From: Chiloscyllium plagiosum
Taxonomy: Eukaryota
Assembly (NCBI RefSeq): GCF_004010195.1
Contig: NC_057720.1
Location: 27,166,212 to 27,230,211, forward strand
Direction of reading: 5' to 3'
DNA length: 64,000 nt
In this document: positions 52,151-64,000 of the stretch, piece after piece
Layout: every line of letters begins with the position of its first letter
Numbering within the stretch: the first letter of the stretch is position 1
Notes under the pieces: model-generated
Databases searched by the model: none
The model's input: the letters and a program-made list of their open reading frames with translations, nothing else
What the model was told of the DNA's origin: nothing
Position numbers and translations under genes: made by a program

Positions 52151-54819
52151 CTCTATTTAATTAATTCCAAGCATCTGAAAATTCCACAGGATCATAGCTG
52201 ATCTGACTTATCTAGGTTTGCTGAGAACCACATCCATGCCACATCCAGTTTGGAGCCTGTCAGTATTCTTTCTGAATTGGTTTACACACTTTAATATCCA
52301 GATTATGTGAATTTTTACCTTTGAGACAGGCAAAGTATCTGAAGAGTGGCAGTGAAGAATAATGATGCTTTTGATTTTCTCAAGCCTGAATCTTGTTCCA
52401 TTTGTATTATGGACAAATTTTGATTATTTAATTCTGAGAAAATTCTTAAATGGCAGCTATATTTGTACAGGACTAAAAGAAGGATGCAGGTCTGAGTCAT
52501 ATGTGTGTTTTTGTAGTTATATTCACCTTCCTTTGACTCCAACACCAAGGCAGGCTTTTCTTTGTTGAAGATGCTAAGCCAGTTCAGCTCTCTGGATGGG
52601 CTGCGACAGTGGTTTGCCACTGAGCTATATAAGGTCATCCACTGCCTCCATTTTGTGTGCCAAACTGAACCAGTTGTATGACAGCATAAATGCCAGGACT
52701 CAGGACTTGACAATGAAACTAATAACCTAAAGATGCCTGGTTCACCTTGAATGTTTTTTAGTACATCTTTGAGATTAATCATTTGAAGGGGACATATTAA
52801 CCATGTACTTCAGGCCCAAAAAAACTGTCTGATTTATGTTAATGTCTTGTTTGTGGGGATGTAATCAAGTATTCAGTCTGGTGTATGACAAGGGAGTTGT
52901 ATCCAAGATAAGCTGTACTTTAGATTTTGGACTGGTGGTTGAGGGAGTTAAATTCTAGTTAAGCAGGACCTTTCATTTCTGAAATGTTCTCTCACAGTCT
53001 CTCCATAACCTGTTGAATATTTCTAGTATTTACTGTTTTTTTTTTAGATTTCCAGCATCTGAAGTATTTTGCTTTCATACAAGTGTCTATGGTGTGGTAA
53101 TTTTATTTTCAATGTGTAATTAATGACTAATTTCCATAATAAGAAGTAATGGATGATAAAGTCTTCAGTACAGATTATCCACCAGACTTGGAAGATTTCA
53201 TGGAATTAAATAAAGTGTAAGAATGTTAAAGAATGAGTTGGGATTGAAATATCATAATTTTATTAAAAGGTTAGTATCATTTAAATGATGCTCTGTACAT
53301 TGAGGCTTCTGTGCAGTAAATATAGACTTCTAATATGTGCTAAGTCATCCATCAGTGATAACAATTGAGTGCCCTTAGTTTACAAAGTCAAATTTGAATA
53401 TTTGTGCATTTGTATTCCATACTACATCATAGTACTATTTAAAATAATCCTAGCTGCCCTATGGAACTGCAAAGAAATTGCTGTATTTTGCACTTGTTTT
53501 GCCTGGCTCCGTTTTCTCCTTGTCTTCTTTCAAAATAGACTGTTGATAATTGTATAGAAAAGAAACCCCAAGATGGAAACGCAGATGTTCCTCCTATGAA
53601 GGTTGCTTTCCTTACCTGCATTCTATTTGATTTATAAGTTGGAATTAAAAAAAAGAAGAAAGACAAACAAAATCAGTCTGGCATCCCTTTCACTGAACAT
53701 TACTGCAATTTGTTTCCAGAGAAACATTTGATGCTAAATTGTTTTTTTGTAATTTCCTCTCATTAGTTACTTTATAATGAGATTTTTGATCAACGGTATG
53801 TGTCTATTTACACACACATATATTGATTTGAAAAATTATCATTAGATTAAATGGTACCAAATGGAACACACAGTCTGCTGTTGTTCCAAGACTTCATTAG
53901 GTTTGACCTAAAATAAGACTATAGTCAAAGAAGAGGATTCTAATTTGACAATATTGGAAAGACGTTTTCAGGGAATTTATAGTTGTAATTATGGTAGAAC
54001 TGTCATCATTTGCTGTCAATATTGTCTAAAACTGACAAACGTCTTCTGAAGTCTGCACATGTCCTCTGAAACACTGTTTGACTATTGCTGTCAGTGATGC
54101 CTTGTTCCTCCACAGGGTGTGCTGTTGTAGCCTTCAAAGCTGAAATGTGCTAATAATCAATAAAGTAACATGAAATTCATTTTTTTATGAACTGTTCTTT
54201 ATCTCTGCGCTATTTTGAGGGCATGGATGGGGTGGTGCACCAGGTAGGATTTCCTCTTCCCCTTGGACCAACCCGACCATGCCAGCCTAGTCTGAGGATA
54301 GTACATATACTGAAGCATATTCTTGGAGTGCATTTGTCTAGTGCCAGTTGGAGCATCCTTTTGAGCAAGCAGCAAGTTGAACCCGCCAAGAAGGCTGTTT
54401 GGTTTCCATATTGAGATTTCCTTATGGTTAGTTTGTTTGGTGAGTTTGGTAAAGTTGCAACTCATGGTGAGTTGGGACTGTTAACAAGCAATAAAGAATG
54501 GCAATTGGGAAATCAGTGCTGACTGGCGAGAATGTTGCCACTGCTTAAGCAAAGGAGGAAGTTGTGGCAAGATGATTTCAACATTGAGATTTTGTCGCTT
54601 ATCATGTCGTAGCCCATGCTGAACAGAGCCTGATAAGATTCCAGCCAGTATCAAGTTGGTGGTTTGGGCATGTAGATGGCAGATGAAGTGTGAACTGATA
54701 CATTTTTTTAGGAAGAGCATTGAAAGACATAACAACATCGGTTGTACAAGTATTAAAAGTGTGGACGAGCAGAAGGACCTGCGTTTATATGTGTACACAT
54801 ATTCGAAGGTCACAGATCA

Positions 54820-54990
54820 CCCACCATAACAGACCAAGACACATAAATAGAAAGTGGGACAGAACACCAGCACTTCAACTGAATGATGTTACCTAGCATG
54901 GTGGCAAAACGTCCGAGAACAACTTACCAGCTCAGTGAGCAAACATACAACCTGATCCTCAATCTGAGCTATAAATCTTCTCAAAAATCG
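54820..54990 (+). mobile_element. PLE family 3 pLTR inside an old CR1 (about 54600-55130)
   Basis: Matches 13795-13930; 'atgatgttacctagcatggtggcaaaacgtc' decayed hammerhead. Confidence 0.8.
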
Positions 54991-55364
54991 TAAACATCTT
55001 GGAAGATGGCAGAACAAGTGGACAGCAGTTAATAAAGCATACACTGCCCTTGGCATTATTAATAGGAGAATAGAATGCAAGAGTAGTATGGACCATACTT
55101 TGGACATTTTGATCAGTTTATGTATTAAAAACACTGTTGTTGGTTAAGTGGATAATGGAATGCAGAATTCAGTTTGTGAGTCAACACGATTTAGTGATAA
55201 AATATTCCTTAATAAAAACACTGGACATTTCCCCAAATTCCAACAGTATTTACTTTTATCTAGGTCTATCCATCTGGGAAAAGATATTAACCACAGTGAT
55301 TCATGCGTTTGAGCCGTTGGAATCTCTTTGCTCTCCAATGTAGGGCTGCCTTATCCATAGAATA

Positions 55365-55540
55365 ATAGACTCCATACAGTGTGGAAGCAGGCCATTTGGC
55401 CCATCGAGTCCACACCGACTCATCGAAGAACATCTAACCCAGAACTACTTGTATCCTTACATAGCTAACTCATCTATCCTGCACATCCCTGGACATTATG
55501 TGCAACTTAGCTTGGCTAATCCACCTAATCTGAACCATCT
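55365..55540 (-). mobile_element. HE1-type SINE 3' half
   Basis: Similar to 15020-15170. Confidence 0.7.
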
Positions 55541-56385
55541 TTGTACACGAAAGTTGGTTTGCTGCATGGTCTTCGACCATGAATCTTGCTGCAAGCTTTC
55601 ATTGAGGGGAGGTGGCTTCTAGGTGTGTGTTTTTATTCCCCTTGCTTTGGACCTTCCTGAATATTGGGTAGTCTTTGTCCAATCGGGTCATGAGTGGAGT
55701 TCAAAGCATCCAATGGGGTAGTGCAAATCTGCCATTTCAGACAATTCCAGCAGAATGCCATTACCAAACACGTTTTCCCTCACTCCCCTGTCTGTATTTC
55801 ACAGGGATCATTACCTCCTGGACACCCTAGTCCATTCCTCGAGCACCAATACCACAATCCTTTCAAATGGCACTTTCTCAAGTAACTGCAGAAGGTGCAA
55901 CACCTGCCCCTATACGTCCTCCTCGCTCACCATCCAAGGGCCTAACAGCATTTCACCTGTACCTCCTCCAATCTTGTGTATTGTATTTGATGCATCCAAT
56001 ATGGCCTACTTGACATTGCAGAAACTAACCGCACACTGGATAACCACTTTGCAAAATACCTCCGAACTGTGCGCAAGCATGACCTCAACCTCTCCATGGC
56101 TGATAATTTTAACACAGTGTCGTGCTCACATGCCCACTTGTCTGTCCTCAGCATTCTGCAATGCTCCAGTGAATCACTGCGCAAACTGGAGGAGTGACAT
56201 TTTCAAACTAGGCAGTTTATAGCCTCCTGGGCTCAATATTAAGTTCAACATCTTCAAAATGTGAACCCATCCCTTCCCCTACTTGCAGCTTTGCTTGCTA
56301 CATGCTCTGTCACCCTCTCTCCCCTCCTCCCACCCAAGTGGGACTGTCTGTTCTTTCCAGTTTGGCAGTTAGACACACCATTGTT

Positions 56386-56959
56386 CTAGGTAAAAACAAT
56401 GACTGCAGATGCTGGCAACCAGATTTTGGATTTGTGGTGCTGGAAGAGCACAGCAGTTCAGGCAGCATCCGAGGAGCAGCAAAATCGACGTTTTGGGCAA
56501 AAGCCCTTCATCAGGAATAAAGGCAGAGAGCCTGCAGTGGGAGAGGGATTCCCTGCGATTCTTGTAGAGAGAGGAGGAAAACTTCTTCAAGGCAGACATC
56601 CTTGCAAGAGGATTCACAGTAGGGTTAAAATCAACTAGGTAAAAACAATACCTGCAAATGCTGGAAGCCAGATTTTGGATTAGTGGTGCTGGAAGAGCAC
56701 AGCAGTTCAGGCAGCATCCGAGGAGCAGCAAAATCGACGTTTCGGGCAAAAGCCCTTCAGCAGGAATAAAGGCAGAGAGCCTGCAGTGGGAGAGGGACTC
56801 CCTGAGATTCTTGTAGAGAGAGGAGGAAAACTTCTTCAAGGCAGGCATCCTTGCAAAAGGATTCGCAGTCGGGTTAAAATCAACTAGGTAAAAACAATGA
56901 CTGAAGATGCTGGAAACCAGATTTTGGATTAGTGGTGCTGGAAGAGCACAGCAGTTCAG
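56386..56959 (-). repeat. 2.3 x 249-nt head-to-tail PLE-derived tandem, one hammerhead motif per full monomer
   Basis: 'ctaggtaaaaacaat' at 56386, 56635 and 56884; hammerhead motifs at 56485-56517 and 56734-56766; TTGTTCT on both flanks. Confidence 0.92.
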
Positions 56960-57062
56960 TTGTTCTGCTATTCTTACATTCCGATCACATAATTGGAACT
57001 CTAATCCTTTCTCACCCAGCACTTTAGCGCCCTCCACTATTGCATAAATGCTGCCCTCTGTA

Positions 57063-57602
57063 CATGATTTGGAGACACTGGAGTTGGACTGGGGTGTATA
57101 AAGTTAAAAATCACATAACACCAGGTTATAGTCCAACAAGTTTATTTGGCAGCACTAGCTTTCGGAGCGCTGCTCCTTCATCAGGTGGTTGTGGAGAATA
57201 AGATTGTAAGACACAGAATTTATAGCAAAAGTTTACAGTGTGATGTCACTGAAATTATATATTGAAAAAGACCTGGATTGTTTGTTAAGTCTCTCATCTT
57301 TTAGAATGACCATGTTGGTTTCAGTTCTTTCATATGTAAATCGCAAAACATTTAAAACATTTACATATGAAAGAACTGAAACCAACATGGTCATTCTAAA
57401 AGATGAGAGATTTAACAAACAATCCAGGTCTTTTTCAACATATAATTTCAGTTACATCACACAATAATCTTTTGATATAAATTCTATGTCTTCCAATCTT
57501 ATTCTCCACAACCACCTGATGAAGGAGCAGCACTCTGAAAGCTAGTGCTTCCAAATAAACCTGTTGGACTATAACCTGGTGTTGTGTGATTTTTTGACTT
57601 TG
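57063..57602. mobile_element. PLE family 2 fold-back element, about 240-bp inverted arms, hammerhead motif on each strand
   Basis: 57100-57341 and 57359-57601 are reverse complements; cores at 57153-57188 (-) and 57513-57547 (+). Confidence 0.92.
57153..57188 (-). ncRNA. Minimal type I hammerhead ribozyme motif (family 2), core intact
   Basis: Reverse complement CAC-CUGAUGA-a-GGAGC agc GCUCC-GAAAGCUA-GUG: helix I CAC/GUG, 5-bp helix II, palindromic AGCU helix III, CUA triplet. Confidence 0.8.
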
Positions 57603-58029
57603 CCCCTTCTACATTTTACCATTCCTGATGCAGAGTCATCTAGACTTGAAACGTTATTTTGCTTTCTCTCCATGGATGCTGCCTGACCCGCTGTGATCTT
57701 CAGCATCTTTTGCTTTCAATCCTTCACTATTGCTATGCCAGAGAGATGTAAAGTGCACATCCTCAGACACTGGCTAGAAGTCAATATGCCAGAAAGTTTG
57801 ATTGATATTTCTCCAAAACATTACCTTCAGCCTGGTTGTAACTACTTTCCTCTGAACCTTTATCACCTCTTTGACTTTGGTTTCCATTGTTTTCTGTAGC
57901 TGGTAGTTGCTGGTAGAAGCCATTTAATTTAGTTTGGTCAATTTTCTATTAGGTCTGAATCTGGCTGTGGGTCAATTTAGAATGTTCACTTTTGAGCCCA
58001 TTGTCACTTGAATACCATAAGGAACTTCT

Positions 58030-58605
58030 GGAAGACACTTGTTAGATATCAGCTGGAGTACTGTGCACCCTACTAGTTACCACATTTTAGAAAAGATCTG
58101 GATGCATTGGAGAGAGTGCAGCAGTGATTTACCCGAATGGTTGTAGGATTGAGGAACTGTAGTTATGAGAATACATTGAAGAAGCTGAGACTGTTCTCTT
58201 TGTAGAGAAGAAGACTAAGAAGTGTCATTTTCATTTTCAAATTGTCATTTTCAAAATTGTAAATGTGCTATTGAATAGATTGGACAAAATCACTCCCATT
58301 TTTAACAGGAACAAGAAGGCATAAATTTAAGTGATTTACAAAAGGAGCAATTGTGATGTCAGAAAAACGTCTTTACACAGTGAGGTATTAGGGTATGGTA
58401 TGCACTAGTTGGAAATGGAGGCAGATTCAATTGAGACATTGAAGAATGAATTGGACAATTATTTGGACAGAAATTATGTAATCTGTAAGGGCATGGGGAA
58501 ACAGCAGGAGATTAGTACTGGGAAATAATGCTCATTTCATGAGCTAGTGAGGTCATGGTGGGCCAAATTGCCTCTTTTTTCACCATAGCATTTCTGTGAT
58601 TCTGT
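58030..58605 (+). mobile_element. Old CR1 3' end
   Basis: Decayed '(Q)LEYCAP...LERVQ..FTRMV.GL' followed by a 3'UTR. Confidence 0.75.
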
Positions 58606-58844
58606 GACAGAAGAGTTGAAATGACAGCAGAGGCAAAGGGAGTGGCAGGAAAGAGAGAAAGTCTACCTCAATGCAATTTTAGTATGTGATTTCCACCTCT
58701 AGTTTTATTTCCTCTTCTTTGCACAGTTCAATTTTTCTCTTGTTTTACTTTCAGACATTAGCACATCTGTTGTAAACATGGCTTTTATTTTTTTTTCTTA
58801 TCACCATTCTTTATCAGTGTGCATAACACAGCTAATTCTTCTGC

Positions 58845-59222
58845 CATGATGTGGAGGTGCTGGTGTTGGACTGGGGCGGACAAAGTTAAAAATCACAACT
58901 ATAACCAAGTTATAGTTGAACAGATTTATTTGGAAGCATAAGCTTTCGGAGCACTGCTCCTTTGTGCTAGTGGGGCAAGATCATAGGACACGTGGGATTT
59001 ACATATTAATCACTCAAAACCTGCATCTTCATTCTAAGTGATTGAAGACTTAACAGCAATCTTGGTTTGTTCAATATTTTGCATCAGTTGTATGACACTC
59101 TGATCTTTTACTATAAATTCTGTGCCCTATGATGCTGTCCAGATGAAGGAGCAGTGCTCTGAAAGCTTGTACTTCTAGATAAACCTGTTGGGCTATAACC
59201 TGGTGTTGTGTGACTTTTAACT
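58845..59222. mobile_element. Older PLE family 2 fold-back insertion
   Basis: Inverted pLTR ends; diverged TSD ctaattcttctgcca (58832) and ctaaattcctcagcca (59221). Confidence 0.8.
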
Positions 59223-59559
59223 AAATTCCTCAGCCATTTAATGTGTTGTGTCTCCCCTGGACTCATCACAATCTTCTGTTGCCTTTTCCTTTCTGTCATC
59301 CTGCCCTCGTGTAAAACCCAGGACATTTTTGAATTTTCACTGATAAACAATCATTGAAACAATGACTGTTTCTCTTTCCGCAAGTGCTGTCAGACCTGCC
59401 AAGTATTTCCAGAACTTTCTGCCTTTATTCCAGACCTTCGGAATCCTTAGTATTCAAACTTGTAAGTTACTGCATGCATAGAAAGCACCTGATCAAGAAC
59501 TTAACATAGGAACACAGGATGTTTATCTTCTCGTCACAGCTTGTTTTCCCACCTGTTTC

Positions 59560-59850
59560 AAGTGTCATCTGCAAAATTTGCTGTGTTACATTCTGTCCCT
59601 GCTTGCAGACCATTTATATAGATTGTAAATAGTTGCAGTCCAAGAACTGATCCCTGTGACATTGCACTCATTACAGTTCAGAGAAAGACGCAGTTATCTC
59701 TACCCTCTGCTTTCTGTTAGTTAGCTAATCCTTTATCGAAGTCAGTACTGTACTCCCAACCCCCCTGGGATCTAATCTTCTGGACTAGTCTTTTATAAAG
59801 CATCTTGTCAAATGCCTTCTATAAATTTAGATGTACCACATCCACCTATG
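59560..59850 (-). mobile_element. Old CR1 RT fragment
   Basis: Reverse complement of the DF.KAFDK / SQGSVLG / FADDT region. Confidence 0.75.
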
Positions 59851-62029
59851 TTCAAGGCCAGTTAGAGATGAGTAACGAATGCTGCCTTGTCTGCAATGCC
59901 CATGTACCATGAAAGAACAAGGAGTTCTCAGATGAACTGAAAACCTACTGTGCTGAAACCAATTAGCAATTGAAATTCAGCCAAGCATTGATGACCATAG
60001 TTGTCGATCCTGTAGACTGCTTTCTGGAAGGAAACAGCAAAGGTGCGAAGAAAACTATTTGGTTTGAAGGGTCACTGCTGTTTCCCTTTCTACAGAAAAC
60101 CTCAAACCTGATGGGTTTTTTTCAGGTTCTTTGGTGGTTTTTATTTTAAGAATAGAAAGTGCTTTCAACATGAAAACACTGTACGATATATGGGAGCACA
60201 AGAGATTCTTAAAATCAAAATGCCTTTTTAAATCACTGTTGAAACTATGACAGTACAGGCTAACATTACCACAGTATGACAGAACCTTTTCCACTGGAAC
60301 AGTGTTGCAGTGCACATGAACAAATGCACAAGGCTGGTTGATGTAACTTCGTTTTAAGGAGCAGACCAAACTCTTTCAAGTTATATTAAGAAGATAGCCT
60401 CGACCCGAACCTTTCCTTATTTGCATTCCAGTTACAATTCAGTTGGTCAAGCTATTCGATTTTAAGCAAAACACACTTTTTTTTATACTAGAGGTAAAAC
60501 ACGACCAAACTAAAAAAAATAAAAGAATTGGCTTAACTGTACCTCTATCGAAATGCTTAAAATAATATATATATTAACTACTACTCATTAACCATTCCAA
60601 TATAGTATCATCCCATAGACACACCCTTGTCTAAGGCAAATTCAGTAAAATAGATTGTTTCACGGCAATTCTAGCATTAGAAGGAGAACCTCAGCTTTCA
60701 ACTGTAAGAGGAATAAGAGCTTCCAATTCCAGCTTCAAGGCTCCAGCAATCATTTAAATAGAAATAATGTGCAAGGATCTGGGAAAAAAGCAAGAGTTTG
60801 GAAAGTGCAGAAAAGACCAGAAGAATTTCGTCCTAATAAATATCTAACTAGCCATTCACCACTGAAACATATCTCTGTATCAAGTTAAAATTTCAGCACC
60901 ATCTGAATTTTTTTTTAACTGAATAAACATCAGATTTTGTGTTTCAGTTGAAGTTTGCATGTGTCTACAGCTGTAGTGGATGAAGTTTTCAGTTTTTAGA
61001 GTAAAGTTTCTCCCTTGGAAAAGAACAGGAGAATGGTTATTTTATTCACTGCTTATCAGTGAAATGAAGTCAAAGTTACATTCTTAAACATTGTATATTT
61101 TTAAGTCAGATGTTTCCTTTTTCATACTGAATTGTAAATACTGTTCCTATCCTATTTTAAGTCTTACATGTATTTGAGTAGTTAAAAATGACTACTCATT
61201 TACTTGTTTTTTACTACCTTTTGATTTATAAAGGTAGTTGAGTACACACAATTTGTTTTTGTAATTCCATAGTTACAGGCCAGGCCAATTGATTCAATCA
61301 GCTGTTTCCCAGTTCACTAGAACTTAGCCAGATCTGGAATGTGCTCCTCTTGTCAGCCATAACTTTTTCTTCAGGTTCAGTCGTGAGGGATCTGCATATT
61401 CCAGCCCGTGGTTACTAGCAGGTTTATTTGCTACAGGTGTTTCATCACGACTTAGTAGCTCCAACCAAGATCACTCGGCTTCCAAAGCTTACAGCTTAAT
61501 GATGAATCGAGAGCACTGACCTCCAGCACTTGAAGAGTGGTCACTGGCTGAAGAGGCCTAATGCCGAGAAGCTGTTCTGTAATGAAATGAGCATTTATCA
61601 TCAGGTGAAAGATTAACATGGGCAACATGGTCATTTCAATAGATAAAACAAATGATTATAGAAGAAACCACTCTTGCAAAAATATGCTGACTATATCCCA
61701 GGGATTCATTTTATAGCTTTGTTTTGGAATAAACAGGAAAAACAAAACCTGTTCTCATTGGTTTTTTGCCACATCACTGAGAATGTAAAAGGTTTACTTA
61801 CCTTGTGTTTGTTTGTTGTATATTGGAGCTGAAAATCTTGGATTGGGAATACATCTCCTGATATTGCACACACTGAAATAAGAAAATATTTTTTGATTTT
61901 GATAATGATTTCCAGGCATGTATTTGCAACTTAAAACAGAGTATTCCCAAAGGTACAAAAGCAGGTTCTTGTATTCAATTCAAGGTTTTCTAGGTCAGTG
62001 TAATTGTATCTGTTAGGTTTGGATTTAAG

Positions 62030-62120
62030 GTAGACAAGCAGGAGGCTGGAAGAACACAGCAAGCCAGGCAGCATCAGGAAGTGGAGAAGTAAACATTTCG
62101 GGTGTAACCCTTCTTCAGGA
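62030..62120 (-). mobile_element. PLE pLTR fragment with hammerhead-like core
   Basis: Reverse complement tcCTGAAGAaGGGTtacACCCGAAAtgttt. Confidence 0.75.
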
Positions 62121-62629
62121 TTTATAGCAAGTTTCCATTCCTTACTCCTTGTTTCAGTATTTTTAAGTGCTGTCCATCTGTAATGTCTTTGCATTCTTAC
62201 TATGTTTCCATAAATACATAAAACTTGGCTGTTTTCCTCACAGATGCTGCATGAATTGCGGACAGTTTTCAGCAGTTTTAATTTTGTTCAGAGTTTTTCA
62301 ATTCTGCTTTTTTTTTCTGTCTGTTAGATGAGCATGTTAAAGAAATATATATATGCATTGTGCCTATCATGACTTCTGGATGTTTTGAAGTTTTCAACTT
62401 TTGGAGAATATTTTCTTGGAAGTGCAATCATGCATTAATGTGACACTAAGATTTTGTCGCTTAGTTAAGATGTTCGGTTATGGCACTTGATTGTGGGCTT
62501 GTCTGACGTGTAGAGATGCCAACTAGCAGCTAATTGAATATTTACAATGGCTGCATAAACTTCTTCATCTTCTTCCAGAAAGGAATATCCAAGTCTCAAA
62601 TATTTTATGTAGGAGTTTTTGTAACATTA

Positions 62630-62912
62630 CAGCACGGTGGCACAGTGGTGAGCACTGCTGCCTCACAGCACCAGAGACCTGGGTTCAATTCCCGCCTCAG
62701 GTGACTGACTGTGTGGAGTTTGCACATTCTCCCCGTGTCTGTGTGGGTTTCCTCCGGGTGCTCCGGTTTCCTCCCACAGTCCAAAAATGTGCAGGTTAGG
62801 TGAATTGGCCATGCTAAATTGCCCGTAGTGAAGGGATAAATGTAGGGGAATGGGTCTGGGTGGGTTGCACTTCATTGGGCCTGTTTCCACACTGTAAGTA
62901 ATCTAATCTAAT
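62630..62912 (+). mobile_element. HE1-type V-SINE
   Basis: Matches 7562-7875; A and B boxes, V domain, (AATCT)n tail. Confidence 0.92.
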
Positions 62913-64000
62913 ATATATTTGTTTGTGACTCCAAGATTGCGAGAATCATCTTGAATCTAGACTGTATGGTTCATTGTAATTTAATGAGCTATTTATTTAT
63001 AGCATCATTGCAAAACTGCTCATCTGAGTTTTAGAGATAGTTCAATCTTTTCAAATGATCCTTAAAATTCTTAATGTTTCACAGGCTTTCACAAACTTGG
63101 TTGAGTTATAATGGAGTCAGGATGAATATCAATTCAGTCAGCTTGTAGTTTCAGGAAACCACTTCCCTAATGTGTGTCTAAACACCAATTAGGATTTGAA
63201 CATGAGTTGAATTATGCATTGTGAATTGACTTTTGTCTGCATAAATCTGATCTATATCTGAGTGTTGGGTCACAGTAGCTGGTGCTATTGTGAATCAGTG
63301 GTACTTTAAGTTTGTGATGAACGTCTGAATTTCACTACGTTATGGATGCTCTGGACATATTGAGCGAGAATTTGATGTAGCTGGGCAGTGTATTAGATTT
63401 GTATACCTGTTTAATTTCCAGAGACTTACACTACAAGTTGCCATAAATGAGAGATCAAACAACACAGTGCCTTTTACAGAGCTTGTGGTACATAAGAACA
63501 GACTTCTGTATGTGGTCAACTAAGCCAACTGAACGATTGACAATCAAAGAAACGCGGTCTTATCCAACAAATACAATCTTAATTTTGAATGCAATGTTAA
63601 ATTAGCTACAGAAAGAAAAAATAAAGAGAGGGAAAGAAATACTGAATTGAGAGTGGAAATACTTGCCTAAATATACATTTGTTTTTATAATCTCCAGCAG
63701 TAATTAAAATATGAAGGAATGAGACATTATGGTTGTAATAGTTAGTTATCAGTGCAAGACAGATTGTTTGTTTGAAAATGATTATGATTTATCATGCTGT
63801 AAAGACTAATGCATAGTGACCTGGTCAAGCCCTAACATTCTAGGGCATGTTTAGATTATATTTATTGTGCAGCTTTGGGAACATCACTCAGTGCTGAACA
63901 GTGAATCAGGCAGTGAGATGCCTTTTGCAGGAAGGAATCCACCACAGACAACAAATTTCAGGTTTTTGAATTTAACCTGCCTTCCCCTCATTGCTGTGAA

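Larger units (their letters stand above)
55690..57720 (+). mobile_element. Old PLE 3' part (linker, GIY-YIG, pLTR) hosting two younger PLE-derived insertions
   Basis: ORF 55755-56222 contains NCRRCNTCPY; decayed GIY-YIG follows; terminal pLTR with 'cCTGATGcagagtcatctagacttGAAACGTT' at about 57623-57655. Confidence 0.8.

Noticed and set aside
56386..56959. CRISPR-like array
   Set aside because: Whole units are repeated with no unique spacers; eukaryotic PLE origin.
57233..57467. Near-identical ORFs on opposite strands
   Set aside because: A trivial consequence of the fold-back.
60375..60750. Possible solo LTR remnant
   Set aside because: No TG..CA termini or TSD identified.

Overview
Vertebrate genomic DNA, almost certainly from a shark or ray: it carries HE1/V-SINEs and a repeat landscape rich in CR1, L2 and Penelope elements. 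Much of the window is decayed retroelements: CR1 and L2 LINEs, several families of Penelope-like elements (PLEs), one internally deleted Gypsy LTR element with intact 5-bp target-site duplications (TSDs), Tx1-clade LINE 3' ends, SINEs and a probable TA-flanked MITE. A CpG-island promoter at about 47.1-49.7 kb has a plus-strand first exon (donor at 48123). I could not identify the gene and recognise no host protein-coding exon; the ORFs I can recognise are transposon-derived and the rest look like chance ORFs. Three signals stand out. (1) Tx1-clade LINE tails are stacked at one position, the TATA-like box of a Gypsy LTR, and each carries a transduced piece of LTR plus poly(A), which suggests a site-specific LINE parasitising an LTR element. 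(2) A 249-nt head-to-tail tandem has a minimal hammerhead ribozyme (HHR) motif in each full monomer and a stop-free 83-codon frame, a retrozyme-like arrangement. (3) There are many PLE-derived hammerhead motifs and fold-back insertions with 13-17 bp TSDs. All calls were made by eye, without database searches; boundaries of decayed repeats are approximate.
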